64,000 nucleotides of DNA from positions 1-64,000 of the forward strand of contig JAQGDQ010000993.1 in assembly GCA_030141605.1 (NCBI GenBank), written 5' to 3'. Numbering within the stretch: the first letter of the stretch is position 1; every line of letters begins with the position of its first letter. The notes beneath the pieces are model-generated. The model was not told the origin of the DNA and did not search any database. It worked only from the letters and a program-made list of their open reading frames with translations. Shown one piece after another: positions 22,908 to 36,751 of this stretch. The stretch is from Tubiluchus corallicola. Taxonomy: Eukaryota > Animalia > Priapulida. The position numbers and the translations under genes were made by a program.

Positions 22908-23888
22908 ATGAACGTTACTAATGTAACTACGTCTGACACATCGTCTGCTTTGTTTGACTATACGTTTTTTCTTTTGATTTCCACGATTGCAATATCCTTT
23001 GTTATAGTGTTCAGTAACACACTTGTTCTGATTACGTTGGCGATGGAAAAACGTTTCCATAGTGCAGCCTACGTGTTTGTTGGAAACTTGGCAGTTGCAG
23101 ACTTACTGACAGGAATATCTATGCTGTACATGGCGCTAACAGTTTTTATACCGGAACTGATGATATCCAAACATGCGTGTCTTACTACATTTACAACTAC
23201 AGCATGCTGGTCTTCTCTTTCAATGTACAGCATTTTGCTCATATCCGCAAGTCAGTACACAAAAATTGTTTATCCACTTAACAGTGATAATATCATGACT
23301 AATATGCGTATAATTTTACTGGTATTTGCGTCGTGGTTAGCCTCTCTGACGTTAGTATCATTACCGTATTTTGGATGGTCAAACGAGTATCATGGCATAG
23401 CGTCTTGCTTTCTACTGACAGTACTGTCACCAAGTCACCTACTGCTTTGGTTGACTGCTACATTTTTCCTACCGACTCCAGTGATTGCGTACTTCTACAT
23501 TCGTATAATGAACATAGCTCGCTATCACTCTAAACAAATTAGGTTGCAAACTGGAACAAACTCTGCCGAACCTGCCCTTCAACAGGAGCGCTTTAAAAGA
23601 GAAATGAAACCATTTGTCACTACTCTAATCGTGCTAGTCGCGTTTCTCTCGTGCTGGCTTCCAGCCGTTGTGGTTGTGCTTACAGATGTTTTAAACTCTT
23701 TGTTAAATCCAACTGCAGCAACTCATCCAGACGTGATGATAGTGTGCACTTTCGTCTACTGTAACTCGTTCTTTAATCCGGTCATATACGGTATGAGAGA
23801 TAGAAATTTTCGTAGGGCATATCGCAAAGTCATCCGCTGCAGAAATACTGGCGCCACAGTCGATACTATGTTAAGTAACTTTTCCTAG
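22908..23888 (+). CDS. Class A (rhodopsin-like) GPCR, 326 aa, single coding exon
   Basis: Seven hydrophobic segments; SN in TM1, NLAVAD in TM2, W in TM4, CWLP in TM6, NPVIY in TM7; N-glycosylation sites in MNVTNVT. The DRY position reads SQY. Splice acceptor at 22883. Confidence 0.93.
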   Translation: MNVTNVTTSDTSSALFDYTFFLLISTIAISFVIVFSNTLVLITLAMEKRFHSAAYVFVGNLAVADLLTGISMLYMALTVFIPELMISKHACLTTFTTTACWSSLSMYSILLISASQYTKIVYPLNSDNIMTNMRIILLVFASWLASLTLVSLPYFGWSNEYHGIASCFLLTVLSPSHLLLWLTATFFLPTPVIAYFYIRIMNIARYHSKQIRLQTGTNSAEPALQQERFKREMKPFVTTLIVLVAFLSCWLPAVVVVLTDVLNSLLNPTAATHPDVMIVCTFVYCNSFFNPVIYGMRDRNFRRAYRKVIRCRNTGATVDTMLSNFS

Positions 23889-26300
23889 AGTCAAAAAAAT
23901 TTATGTGGTGTGACATAACCTCTTTAGAAAGACGCAGAAAACGTATTTTGATAAAATAACCACATCAGGACAGCGTGAAAATACTGAAGCACACATGTTA
24001 CAGTTTCAAATCGTTTAAAACAGTTTTAGAAGTACAACCTCGTACTTCCGCTATAATTAGTACCTGATGCGCAGAATTATCAGTGACTTCCTCTCCTGTT
24101 CAAACTTCACAATAATCACTTTATTTACCACTGAATAACATTTTGACCATACTAATCATGATAATTTTACAGAGAAAAACATACGCTTGCCCAAAAATTA
24201 AAGCGCTGAACTTTATTTTCAATAAATGTAACTATTAAATGTCAATTTCGTTTCTTGGAAGAAGGAAGAAGCAAGACATAGTAGGTCGTTTTTGAACAGA
24301 CTTCGACAAGAGCGAACGGAAACGGTTTCTGACCGGACTTCCGCTGGAGAATTGAATGTGTGTGTGTGTTGTAGTGTGTAATAGCTACCCGTCGACGTGT
24401 AATTACTGTTTGTTGACTAAAGCAATGTAAACAAATCACGAGTAGTATCTTACGACAATATTTTACTATTATTGTATGTAGGTTGCTCAATTGTTGTTTC
24501 TGTTGCTGTACTGTTGTTGCCACTATTGCTATTGTTGTTGTGCTGCTATTGTTTGCAGTTTGATTTGACAATTCTTCGTAGGCCTCATTAATTTCTTTGT
24601 TATTTAGCATTCAAGCAGAGGTCTATTTATCTGACTTAACTTCCCAATACAAAACTCAAAACCAATCTTACTGTAGTGGGTGCATAAGCCCTTTTTTGGT
24701 TTTAATTTAGTTTTCAATTACTGCCACGGTGCTGCCACCTGCTTGTTTATTTAGTAGGCTTTTTACTTTTTACAGTAGTTACTCTTTTAAAATTGAAGCA
24801 CCCAATATCCTTCAATACATTAGCATTTTGGTCTTTCGTGAGCTATAGCTGTAGTAGTTGTATGACATTTTACCTGTCTTTTGGTTCTCTCCGCCATTGC
24901 TCTATTTTTCTTACGCATTATGACTGTGAATTTCTTACGAATTTATTTTTGTGACATTTTTGTTCTTAAGGGTACTTGGAGTTCTCATTCCTGTCTTTGT
25001 AATTGTTAAAGGCTCTAACAACGTCAGTTATTGTTGAAGTTATAATTAACTACGTAAGTTATTATTAATTAATTTCAATATAATGTAGTCTTTATAAATT
25101 TTATATCAGTTCTTAGCTATAGCAACACATTTAATTATGCAACTAATTTCTTCTACTCAATGCAAATTAAACTAAATGTTAATAATTGTATTTCAGAATA
25201 AAGAAACTTTTGGTCAACATGTTAAACTGGTGTTTTGTATCCATTTCAGTTACTACTTTACTACAGTTATTTTCAACATGTTTTCATACCAGAAATTGTG
25301 CAAGTTGATTGCAATGTACACAACACAACATACGCAACATGCAAAATAACAAATAAACAAAACACTTATTCAACTAAGACGCATACATACTATACACAAT
25401 ACAAAATAACAAAACAGAAATGCAAAAATATAATAAAGCAAGAACAGCTTAACAGACAGAAACATTTATATTCTATTAGAAAGATAAAAATTCCATAAAA
25501 CGAAAATAAATCTGGAAGAAAGAAGTTTCCATATTCTGCCAGAAATGTATGAAAATCTGAGCGTCGTATGTACAACTTTCAAACTAAACAGGCTTGAGCA
25601 CCAACATATTCATCTAAAACAAAAAACAGCACATTTCACATCTAATTTTTGTATTTTCACTTGCGAATTTTGAAACTAGAATGTCTTAAAGCTTGAAAAT
25701 AGAATTAATCTCAGATCGTTAACCAACTTCTAAATTTTCGTCTGCTTTTTATTCGCATAATTTTAGGCGCTAAACCTATTTAAACAGTTCTAATCTAAGT
25801 ATTAATTAATTTTGAATTGCTACTTTTGAAATGCTTCGTCAAAATTAATTCATCAAATCTATTAGTTTCTCTCACAGAAATCTTATCGTCGGCTGTTTTT
25901 CTCCCTAACATACTGATACTATTTCTGCAAAATAAGATTCTTATAGAATAAGTTTATTCTATTTTATGCTTGGTATATACGAAGACTTAAAGTTCGTGTT
26001 TTTCTTGTTTGAACATGTCACAAGAATAACTCAGAGGCTTAAACCCAAATTAATCTGTTGCTGTGCACCCTGCTTGGAGGGAGGATCCACAACTGTTGAA
26101 ACACACTATAATATAGACAGAAGGGTTCAGTTATGTGTGGTGGCAAGATCTTCCATGAAGTGGTAGCTTACAATGTCATAATGTTTGTGCAATATTATTT
26201 ATTCAAAATGCTTAAAACTTACTAATGTGTGTTGTGCCAACATGGCTGCTAACTGTAACTCACATCTTCACGAAATTGTGACAAAAACCTTTAAAAAATT

Positions 26301-29300
26301 ATGAACATTTTTAAGTACAGGACTACGCAGGTCTTGTTGTTTTGGGGTTTAATAGGTACTGTATGTTGTTGCATATTGATTCATTTTAAAGGCATTAACT
26401 TACCTTTTACTGTTGTGTTAACCATAGACAATTTGTTTCGGTTGAAATAAAATAGATTTGAATTTCGTTTATACTTGGTATGTATTGCAATTGCCATATT
26501 TTCACTAGGTCATCGTTACGATTCATTGATTTAAAGTTCTGATAGAAAACGTTTGAAATAATTTGACAAACGTTGCCCAAGTGTCTATTACAACTACTCA
26601 GTGTATGGTTTCACATGTTAACAATTGAAATTGAGGCAGCTCGACAAAGTATCAATGAATGTAATTAAATAAGCCATTTCTAATGATTAGTAATCAATAC
26701 AATAATCGATATTTATTGGTATTGTTAATGCGATTTTTCAGTTTGGTATTATACTGGATTAGAGGAAGTCACTAAAGACAATTTTCTTGAAAATTTGGAA
26801 TTGACCAGTAAGTACGAGCTGCTTTTTATATGTCGACAAATTTGGTAGAAAACAGCTGAACAGTTGGAAGCTAAATCAATATCAAATTTAGTTTTATCAT
26901 AGCAATGTACTGAAGTATGTATTTTGTATCGAAGTAAATAAATTTAATAAATTCAAACTAAAAGAAAAATACGCTGAACAACATAGTTGTTTGCTAGTCA
27001 TTATAAATAAATTCCTAATTGTAAATACTCATACTAACTATAGAAAACTGGCTATTTGTTTTACAGATTTTATTTTTCACTCACTGTAAAAAGGTGAAAC
27101 TGCAATAGAAACACGAAACAAGAACATGGAACAAAAATAAATCCATAACAGACGTGCAAAAAATAAATAAAGGAACAAGCAATAGCAAACTAACCGGTAT
27201 ACTGTTACTAATTTACTAATAAATAAACTTCCTGACATATCACAAATCAACATGCATGCCTACACAAAAACACACATATGAATATGCAGTTGCAAAAATC
27301 AATAATTAGGCATCACTGTAACACTATCAGAAACTATTAAGCTGACAAATAAATTACTGAAAAGCTTTGCATAAAAATGAAGAAACATATGAACTTACAA
27401 ACGTTTGAGGATCTGTAGAAAAAAACTTTAAGCCAGTTTTCAGAAATCAACAGAGACATACTGATTTTATTTTACAACAATGGCATACTGACCACACAGC
27501 TACTGACCTCTATACCACTAAAACAGGATTTTTTCCTATTCTAAGGCTATCTAACCTCTCATACAAGAGCGGCCAAGCATGTTAAACAAACGCTACAGGT
27601 AATGCAAAAATGAATAATGACTCTCTAGAATCAACAAACCTGGCTTCACTGTACTCATGCTAGCCTGAGAGATAACACTAACTATCAGCAATATGTTGCT
27701 AATTTTTCTTTTCATTATTAATTCTAGTGGCCTAACATAAGCTTGCTTCTTAGATCTGTAGCGCAGAATTTACGAATTGTATCTTAATTTTATTGTATTA
27801 GCGAAGATTTGATTTGTATAAGTGTACTTGTGATGCATAAGTATTTCTTTATTATGCGGAATAAATTGATTGAATTGAATAGTACTTATCTTGTGTCCGT
27901 CCCAGTTCTTTCCGTTATTTCGTTATCATCATCATCAACGTCGTCGTCGTCGTCGTCGTTGTCAAGTAAACGCTTTAACTGCTACAACGTTCATGTCAGT
28001 TTATTATTGTATCATTTTTCCAGCTATAAAGAATTACTCTTGCAGCCATGGGCAGTTCCTTCTACCTGGAATGACTCGTTGTTTACCCTGGTTAACTTGC
28101 AGTGACATTAATAAACTGAACATTTCTCGTAGTGCGTTTACTCGTGGCTCTACAAAACAGGTGAGACGTGTGATAGAAGTCCAATTATTAATGATGAAAT
28201 AAACCCCGCCATTGTTAACTTTATGGAATAAACTCGGTTGAATAGGAGGAGACTCAAATTCAGGACTGCTCCTGACTCTTCCACATTTTTTTCGTCAAGT
28301 TTGGCTTTGCCTGGCTTAGGAAATTAAAAGCGGCCTACTATTTTGCATTATCGAAGTTTTTTGCTTACCGTAGGGACACCACAGCATCGTGTGCCGAAAA
28401 TGGCTGTAGTCATTTTAAAGTCATTTTACACAAAAATACGTTTAGCCTTCGTCAGCGAGTTTTAAATTCAAGCAATGAAGCCATTTAAATTCAATCAATG
28501 AAGCCATTTAAATTCAATCAATGAAGCCATACTCAGTTTTATTCTTAATACTGATGTCATTTTAACTTCGAATGTTTTTGCCCATTGGGAATATATACTT
28601 AATAACCCTTTTTTACATATTTAGCTTAGCAATTCTCTGTTCTTTGTGAAGATGTTTATTTTATTTGTCTTGTAGTAATATTTTTTAATTGTGATTTTTT
28701 ATCTAAGCTTTGTTTATTGTTCTATGGTACTTTTTATGTACTGAAATAAACGAAAAATAAAAAAATAATATGAATATTGAATTCATCATTCTAGAGCAGA
28801 TGATCCCTAATGACACCACAGATCGCCTCTCTCCACCATTGTCTATCCCTCTCCTTCGCTTTCATCCACTACAATGATCCCACCTCAACCACATCCTTTA
28901 ACTGATCCAGCCGCTGGTTTTTTGGCCTTCTTTGTCTTCCTCGTTATTGAATGTTCCTCTCCCCTTCTAGTGGATGTCTTTTTTGAGTGTGCAGTCCTCG
29001 TGAATGATGTATGCTGCTTCATATCGAGTTTGTTCTGCAAGGATAATGAGGGGTGTTGGAAAGCTTCACTTCTCCAAGATTTATTGATTAATCTTCCCTT
29101 CTCTCTATCTGATCCTGAACACAAAGGCAGCAATATAGTCTCTTTCATCTTTCCTGAAATCCAGTTGCCCAGGATGATTTTCCAGAGAATCCTTAACTTG
29201 ACTATAATGAAAAAATAACGATCCTTCCAGATCTTCCTCTAATTCACTTTTTCACAGTGAAGCTGACGTGCTAACCTTTCTTACTGTTTCTGTCAATAGA

Positions 29301-29803
29301 GACTAGGCTACCCACGAGAATAAATTTTCTACGATATCGTGCTGTTCTCTGATCACAATTACTTATCTAGTTCACTCTTCCATATTATTCTCAGTGAGGT
29401 TAAGATCTGCTTCAGCACTATTCTTCTTCAGCCTCATCAAGATCTCTTGTATTTCTTTCTTCGAGTTTTCCAGCAGGATCATATCATCAGCCTAAAGAAA
29501 ACGAAGGTTGGAGATTTTCCAGCCACTGATTGTGATCATATCATTCCACTTCTTCAGTGTCTCACTCAGTGTCCTCTCTGCATAGTGAGTTATTTCATCG
29601 TCTTTCCTTGGTTAAAACTTCATTTCAAACACCGAACAATTATTATTGTTCTATTGCTAAACAAACAATAAGTTACTCCACTAAGACCACTCTTGACTGC
29701 CACGCTTGTGAGTACACACAAGTATAATTTGGCCTTCTTTGTTTTCTTCATTGTTACCAGTTTCATTCATTATTATATTATTATCTCCATTATTATTATT
29801 ATT

Positions 29804-29876
<73 letters not shown>

Positions 29877-30908
29877 ATCATCAATCATCATCATCATCAT
29901 CATCAATCATCAATATTATTATGATTATCATTCATTTATCAGCTATCAATTGAGAAATAAAAAGCTTCTGAACTGCTGCTGCTGCTGCACCTATTAACTT
30001 TCAAATTTAAGCAGCACGATCAAACTATCAAGCAAGAAAAGAAGCAAACAGTTTGTATCGTATTTAACTTAAAACTGAAAAAATTCCTACTGATACTGTC
30101 TGAAGAAGCTATTGTTGTGAATGATCATAATTGGGTTTTTTTTGACGAAATAATTCTTGCTTTTCAGCTTAAGCTTGCTTGGTGGAATAACCACACAGTA
30201 TTGCTGGTGAAAATGCGTTTAGCGAGGTACGAGTACATTTTCAAGACCATACTACAAAACTACATAAGATTTCAACCAAACCCAAGATTTGTACAGCTTG
30301 TTGGCTACTGCCAAAGCAAGCACGTATTTATTATTGAATATCACGAGCATGGAGATGCTCGTTATGCGTGGAAACATTTATCCGAGTTTCCCGCCAAAAT
30401 GGTGGTAACAAAGGCAGTTCAAATGTGCATAGATTATGTAGACATTCTGGCCTATCTACATAAGCAGAATTATTTTCTCTGCGATTCGGGTGACTTGGAG
30501 AAACTTTTGTCACAGTACCTCGTCACTGACAACTTTCGTCTTGTGTTAGGCGACCTAGACGATGTACAGCCTACGGATGTAGAATGTGTGTGGAGAAACG
30601 GGAAACCTTTTCAGAGAGACTGGTCGTTTGAAGCGCCCGAGTTTAAACATTGGAAGGACACAGACTGTAACACTACCGAGTGTGCACACAAACAGGGATT
30701 GTATAAGTTGAAGACAGATATCTGGAAGATTCCTGACGTTTGCCTGTCTTTCTTAGGTTCTCCTGCGGCTACAGAACACATAGAATCTATGTCATATGTT
30801 GCAAGTACTAAACTCTGGAATATTTACCAGATGTGTAAAACCATGAATCCATTAGAGAGACCATCATTGAATTCAATCAAGATATTTTATTCAAATGTGT
30901 TGAAATAA
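26301..30908 (+). CDS. POMK: Protein O-mannose kinase (POMK/SGK196)-like secretory-pathway kinase, ~332 aa
   Basis: Exons 28024-28160 (CSHGQF...CLPWLTC...GSTKQ) and 30168-30908 (QLVGYC, CDSGDLEKLLSQYL, DLD, APE, DIWKIPD, CK...PLERP) match POMK motifs. Upstream exons 26742-26807 and 26301-26355 (hydrophobic anchor) fit phase but are less certain. Confidence 0.85.
28785..29590 (-). mobile_element. Decayed RTE-like LINE fragment in the kinase intron (mirror ~42439-43244)
   Basis: Reverse strand encodes ISGWKISNLRF*ADDMILLENSKKEIQEIL (RT xADD motif) and ends in tgatga. Confidence 0.68.
29790..29910. repeat. (TAT)n(CAT)n microsatellite, differing between arms (mirror ~42119-42240)
   Basis: The left copy has extra caat interruptions absent on the right. 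Confidence 0.92.
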
Positions 30909-31454
30909 AGCTATTGATTTTGCTTTCGTGAAATAAGCCTAGCTGGTCTTTTTGTCTAATGTATACAGAACTTACGATAAACACATGCGCAGTGTGAAAC
31001 GGGTTATTGATACATTTACCTTCTGATAGCAATAGTTACACCTAGGTCATATATATATACATATAAGCCTATATAACATATAGAAAATTGCAAATCTGTC
31101 ATAATTGAAAACAACTTTTCCCAGGGATGCTGACAAAAACATTTATATTTTTTATACATGTTCTTTTCTCTTTATTACATTGTGGATATGACATACTTAT
31201 TCACTGTGTAAGACATTAACAGAAAAGAAAAATGTGTATAAAAATTAAAGTATTAGGTAGGCCTAAGTATCACCAGTGAAGATTGTTATTAAATGATTGT
31301 ACTATATTTGTATATTCTGCTCGTATGTGTGTTAGTCTTCTCACGAATTTTAGTGACATCAATCATAAATGACGTCGGAATGTATTTATCTTCGCAAAAA
31401 CTGTAGACAATGCGAGTGTTAAGCCCGGGAGAAGAGAGGAAAAATTAAGAGAAA

Positions 31455-31667
<213 letters not shown>

Positions 31668-32248
31668 CGATCATATGTAGAACTAATTTTTGAAGAGGCA
31701 CAATTTATATTCAAAACATTACAATAATGTTATTTTATTTTTAGTTTTATTTCTTACACGTAAGTTTCAACGTCACACATCATTATAAATCTTTATAAAA
31801 TATAAAAATAAATAATAAATAAACATTAAATGAGTGAGCACATTTATCAATCGATTTCAGTTTTGTCAGGTCCACAGTTTTACATTTTACTACATATAAA
31901 TGTTCCATAGATAAACAAGGTATAAAATCCCTGTAAGTCAACAATCTATCACATTTTCCTACGTTAGTACTAATAGTGACATCTACTTATACAGTCAGTT
32001 GGACTGCATTGTAAAACCTGCACATTACACGAGTCAATGCTCATTTTTACAGCTATTCTAGTCCTCTATTTCTTATAATCTCTTACTCTTTATATGAAAA
32101 ATTTAGGAATTATATAATCCTAAAACTCAAAACTTGGTTTAGGTCTTTGAGATAATGCAACTACAATAATTGATCCATTTCTTTTATAAAAAACCCTGTA
32201 TTTCCGACCACCTGTATCGCTGCGACATTCTTGATATTTTGCCACAGT

Positions 32249-32510
32249 TATTAACACACATAATTTAACACATTAACACACATAATTTAACACATTAACA
32301 CACATAATTTAACACATTAACACACGTAATTTAACACATTAACACACATAACTTAACACATTAACACACATGATTTAACACATTAACACACATAATTTAA
32401 CACATTAACACACATAATTTAACACATTAACACACGTAATTTAACAAATTAACACACATGATTTAACACATTAACACACATAATTTAACACATTAACACA
32501 CATAATTTAA
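32249..32510. repeat. 22-bp minisatellite, ~12 copies (mirror ~39513-39774)
   Basis: Unit ttaacacacataatttaacaca. Confidence 0.92.
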
Positions 32511-33198
32511 TACACTCTTAACTTATTAATTTTAAATACTGTTATATTAATATAACTTAAATACTAGCGTATATAACTTAAACGTGTTATACGCATACCC
32601 TGTAGATGTACATTTTTCGTAGATATTACATCATTACTATATTATCAGTTAGCTGCCTACTTTCAGAATGGCCCTGACGATGACTCTGATGATGATGACG
32701 CTGATGATGATGATGATGATGGTGAAGATAATGACATTTGTGACGGACAACAATGACAGTGATTGACGATGATGACGGTAATGATGATGATGGTGATGAT
32801 AATGACGATGGTGACGGACAACAATCACAATGATTGACGATGATGACGATGATTATCAAAGTCATCAAGTTTTGTAAATAAAGCGATGGAAATTTTTATT
32901 CACAAAACTTGACGACATTGAGTAACCTTTCCTAGATCCGGGAACTTCACTTTCCTGCTTTCCTCTTCTTGTACGGCACTCAATCAATCAAGACTTTCAC
33001 TTTATCAGCTACCTACCCTATCATTTACTATCAAATTCTAAACAATTCTATGATACATACGCAAAAAAACACTGCAGAACTGTCAGCTGATTTAATGGCA
33101 GGCCTAATGACGTCATAGCAAACAACTACAATGGTACGACGAGTTACTAAACAGGTACGATTTGCTTTGTCTCTATTTGCAAAACTTGATGACTTCGA

Positions 33199-34436
33199 TT
33201 AACCCCTCCTTCCACTTCTACGTCCTCTCCTCCAACCGCCTCCAACCGCTGCTTCTGCAACCACCCTCAGAGGACCCACTGCAGACTCGACACCGTAGCC
33301 GACATCTTTGTTGATCTCGCAAAGAATTCCACCAAAGTTGAGCGGACAGACGCAAACTTGAACTAGATCATAGTCGTTGCAGAATCCGCCATTTTGACAC
33401 GGCAGTTTGCAGTTGTAATCTGTAACAAAAAAAGACATCGCACGTCTAAGCATCACAAATATGGCAACTTAGAAAACTTTGCTGCTTATAATTTTGTTCA
33501 AAGTAGATGGTTGCAATGTGCTGCCACCTACACGAGGACAATACAAGTATAATACGTTATACAGTAACTGGTGTGAGTGATCTGATCAAACTAAGCAGAT
33601 GGTTGCAATGTGCTGCCACCTACACGAGGACAATACAAGTATAATGCGTTATACAGTAACTGGCGTGAGTGGTGTTGTCAATTACACTGGTCAACACTAA
33701 ATTTATTGTTCAAGTTTTTTAACTGAGTTAGGATAATTTTGACGTGCTTAATCCAAAAATTACATTGGTTTTGCCCAATCAGGTCAACTTTCTGAACTAA
33801 AAGCCACATATTTATTTTTTGACGTTTTTTGACGAATTATTAGCGTCTACGAGAACATTGCGTTTATTGATAAATCACTTGTTTCCGTCAGTTCATTGAG
33901 TCTTGTTTAATTCAAACAACTTTTTTGCATCAACGCACACGAGCTGACTACTGCTACTACGGTACAGTACGGATCAATTACTCCAAATAATGATATTATA
34001 CGTAATTTGTGTACTACGCATTTTGGTACTTTGCTTTTAAATATGTTGTCTTACCTTGAAATAAATCTCCAATGCCCGGGCGTCCAAAACCGGCAAAGTC
34101 GGCAAGACTGACGCCTTTTCCTGCTCCAAACGATAGTGGAGGTGAGTTATATGGATTGTAAACCTTTCCAAGTGGATCAAGTCCAAAGTTTCCTCCAATG
34201 TACGGTGGTTGTTTTGGACCGGAATCCGCCTCCACTTTCAATGGCTTCGTTGGATCGTAAAAGTGACCTCGACGATAATCAGCTCCCGTAAACTGAGTGA
34301 GATGAAAAGGGACTCCCAGCTGATACCAAAGAGGAATGGGTCTTTCTATGATTGTTGTAGTTGCAGGTGCTGCTGGTGCTGCTGATGCTGCTGAAACCAC
34401 CAGCAGGAGGAGCAATGTCGAAATTCCGCTCAACAT
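33199..34436 (-). CDS. Secreted Gly/Pro/aromatic-rich protein with one EGF domain and Arg/Gly tail, 200 aa (left copy, native TATA missing)
   Basis: Exons 34436-34055 and 33419-33199 join in phase 1. Signal peptide MLSGISTLLLLLVVSAASA; EGF spacing C-x3-C-x5-C-x8-C-x-C-x8-C. Confidence 0.87.
33505..33671. repeat. Tandem duplication of ~75 bp at a 92-nt period in the EGF-gene intron
   Basis: agatggttgcaatgtgctgccacctacacgaggacaatacaagtataat at 33505 and 33597. Confidence 0.88.
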
Positions 34437-35036
34437 TTTTCACTTTCAAATCTGAAAATTTTTAGACATCTAAGATTTCACCATGTGTGAAATTTCAACT
34501 CAATTAGATAACTATGCGTTTGTAGCAAAATGGCTGTCGAATATTGCGAGTTCTGTAGGCTTGCAATTCAAAGATATGAAGTGCTGTTTGTGTGATTTGT
34601 TTGCACTTCGTATAATAAAGCATTTAAAACAAAATTAAAATCACTAATATTAACCAGATATGAAATACCATCACACCAGTACGACAACATACACACTAAT
34701 TCAGAATTCATATATCCATGGCCATGTTAATTAAATCATAGTTTTTCATTTTTTGTGCATAGTTGTAAATACGTTTGATTTTTTCGTCGCTACTTTCCAT
34801 TACTGCACAGTAGTTTAGATTGCACCGACGCATTTGCCTTTAGCAGTGTAAGTTTTTATTAACTAACACTGATTGATCATCTCAGTAAAGTAAAGTTTTT
34901 ATCAGTGATTATCAATGTATTTTAATGGCAAATAAAGATTATTATATGTATATATAATATAATATATAATATATAATATATAAAATATAATAGATAATAT
35001 ACAATATATAATATAATATATAATAGATAATATACA

Positions 35037-35086
<50 letters not shown>

Positions 35087-35270
35087 CCCGAACGACAAGT
35101 CAACGAACAAAACCTCAAAAAGGCAGTGAGACTGACAGCTGATTATGTACAAAAAGTTCAGAATTTAATTGCTTACCTTATCTCAACTTCCGGTAAGAGA
35201 TGATCTCCGTATACTTCTCTGTCTTCTGTTGTATTCTTTCTTCTCTCAAAGTTGCTTGCGTTTTGATTTC

Positions 35271-36751
35271 TTGTCCTTTAACCGCTTAAGCACAATAACC
35301 CCCCCCCCCCGGCCACTTACATAAAGCTTAAAAAATTTGTCTTGAAATTTTATACCACTTATATACTACCTTTTCGTATGCAGGGCTTGCATCGGCAGTA
35401 ACGCGGTATAAAACGTGTAAATTTAAACTCTCGCGATGACCGTTACGCGCAGCCATTTTAATCGTAGGTCGTTTGAAACAAGTTTTGATAACATTAAGTA
35501 AAGTTTGAAAAAAATCACAGCATGTCATTGTCAATATCTTGTCAATAAGATTAAAAATACGCTTTTGGCTAGTGAGTGGCGCACCCTGGAGGGTGAGTCA
35601 ACAACATTTTACCAATTGGCACAAACATTTTAATTATTATTTCTAGTTACATAAATCTTTCCAGCAGGTAAGTGAAATGCCAGGTAATATAGATTTGCAC
35701 GGAATTTTTTTTGCGTCATAATTTAACATTGCCTTTTCTTCCCCTGATTTACGTGCCGTAGTGACGTCATGTAATGGCGCCGTCGGAACAGTATTGCGGG
35801 AGATTTAAAAGGAAAACAAACGAAAATTCCTTTCAACGCGAGTACGATATGTGCATAAAATTGCTGTAAAGTAGTATAATTTTTAACGCGATTTTTGAAA
35901 CCTACTTCAGGTGCCCCTTTTCTTGTCCTTTAAGCCTTTTACCAAATTATTATTAAAGCTTTCATAAATTCATTTCCAAGAGTTATTCGTGAATTTTATA
36001 GGCTATTCCAATTAATGGTTGCATTGGAAAGGTAAGCGGATGTTTTTTGTAAATATGTATTGTAATTTTATTTATCTAAATTCTCCTTATTCAACAGTCA
36101 AATTTTGGGATTTTGTTAACGGATCCGCTTTCATTTCTCTGATACAGAGATTATAAATGGATTCAGGTATTATAATCGTAATTTAAAGTATTTGAAAAAT
36201 TCTTAGTTATGCCCATAAAACGTCCAGTGTCTAAAAAATTTGTGGTAATTCATATCGGTAAACGTGAAATATAAATACTAAATATTTAACGCTAACTGTT
36301 GGTTAAGGGGCTGGTCTAAGATTCAGTAGAGGCAGGTTGTGATAATAGCACTTAGTACGTTCGAATAACAGCTTTTACAAGTTGAGCTAAGAAATATTTT
36401 TTATCATAGATTCGGGCTCTTTATCATCGTTAGATTTATTTCTATTAAAGATATTGTAGTTTACACTGTGAGTATTAAGCAACACATTAACATCAAGCAC
36501 CCTTTTGATTGTCATTCTGTTGTCATAGATCCGCCTTTTATAGCAGTGTGCCTTGACTGGTACAGCATTGTAAAAATGTCTGCGGTATTTTATAGTAACT
36601 TGTAAGAACTGCTTCCGATAATAAGAAGGAAATATTTAAAATGATTACAACATTATTATTGTTTTTCTTTGAATATTCGCAAAAAGGCGAATAATCTGAA
36701 TTTTCTTGAAGCGAAACGATTCGTGTATAAATACCGGAGAGAAAGCTCAAC
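35271..36751. other. Unique 1481-bp spacer of the palindrome
   Basis: Not mirrored. Contains a DNA-transposon-like element (35286-35933) and the upstream/TATA region of the right-arm EGF gene. Confidence 0.93.
35286..35933 (+). mobile_element. Non-autonomous TTAA-flanked DNA transposon (Kolobok-like)
   Basis: Runs TTAA-gcacaa...ttttcttgtcct-TTAA and is homologous end to end with 19764-20437. TTAA flanks with AG..CT ends resemble Kolobok. Confidence 0.65.

Noticed and set aside
32626-32868. His/Ser-rich ORF
   Set aside because: Translation of degenerate (CAT)n low-complexity DNA downstream of the EGF gene.
35267-35933. 15-bp target-site duplication of a retroelement
   Set aside because: The same sequence forms the terminus of the paralogous element at ~20420-20437, so it belongs to the element.
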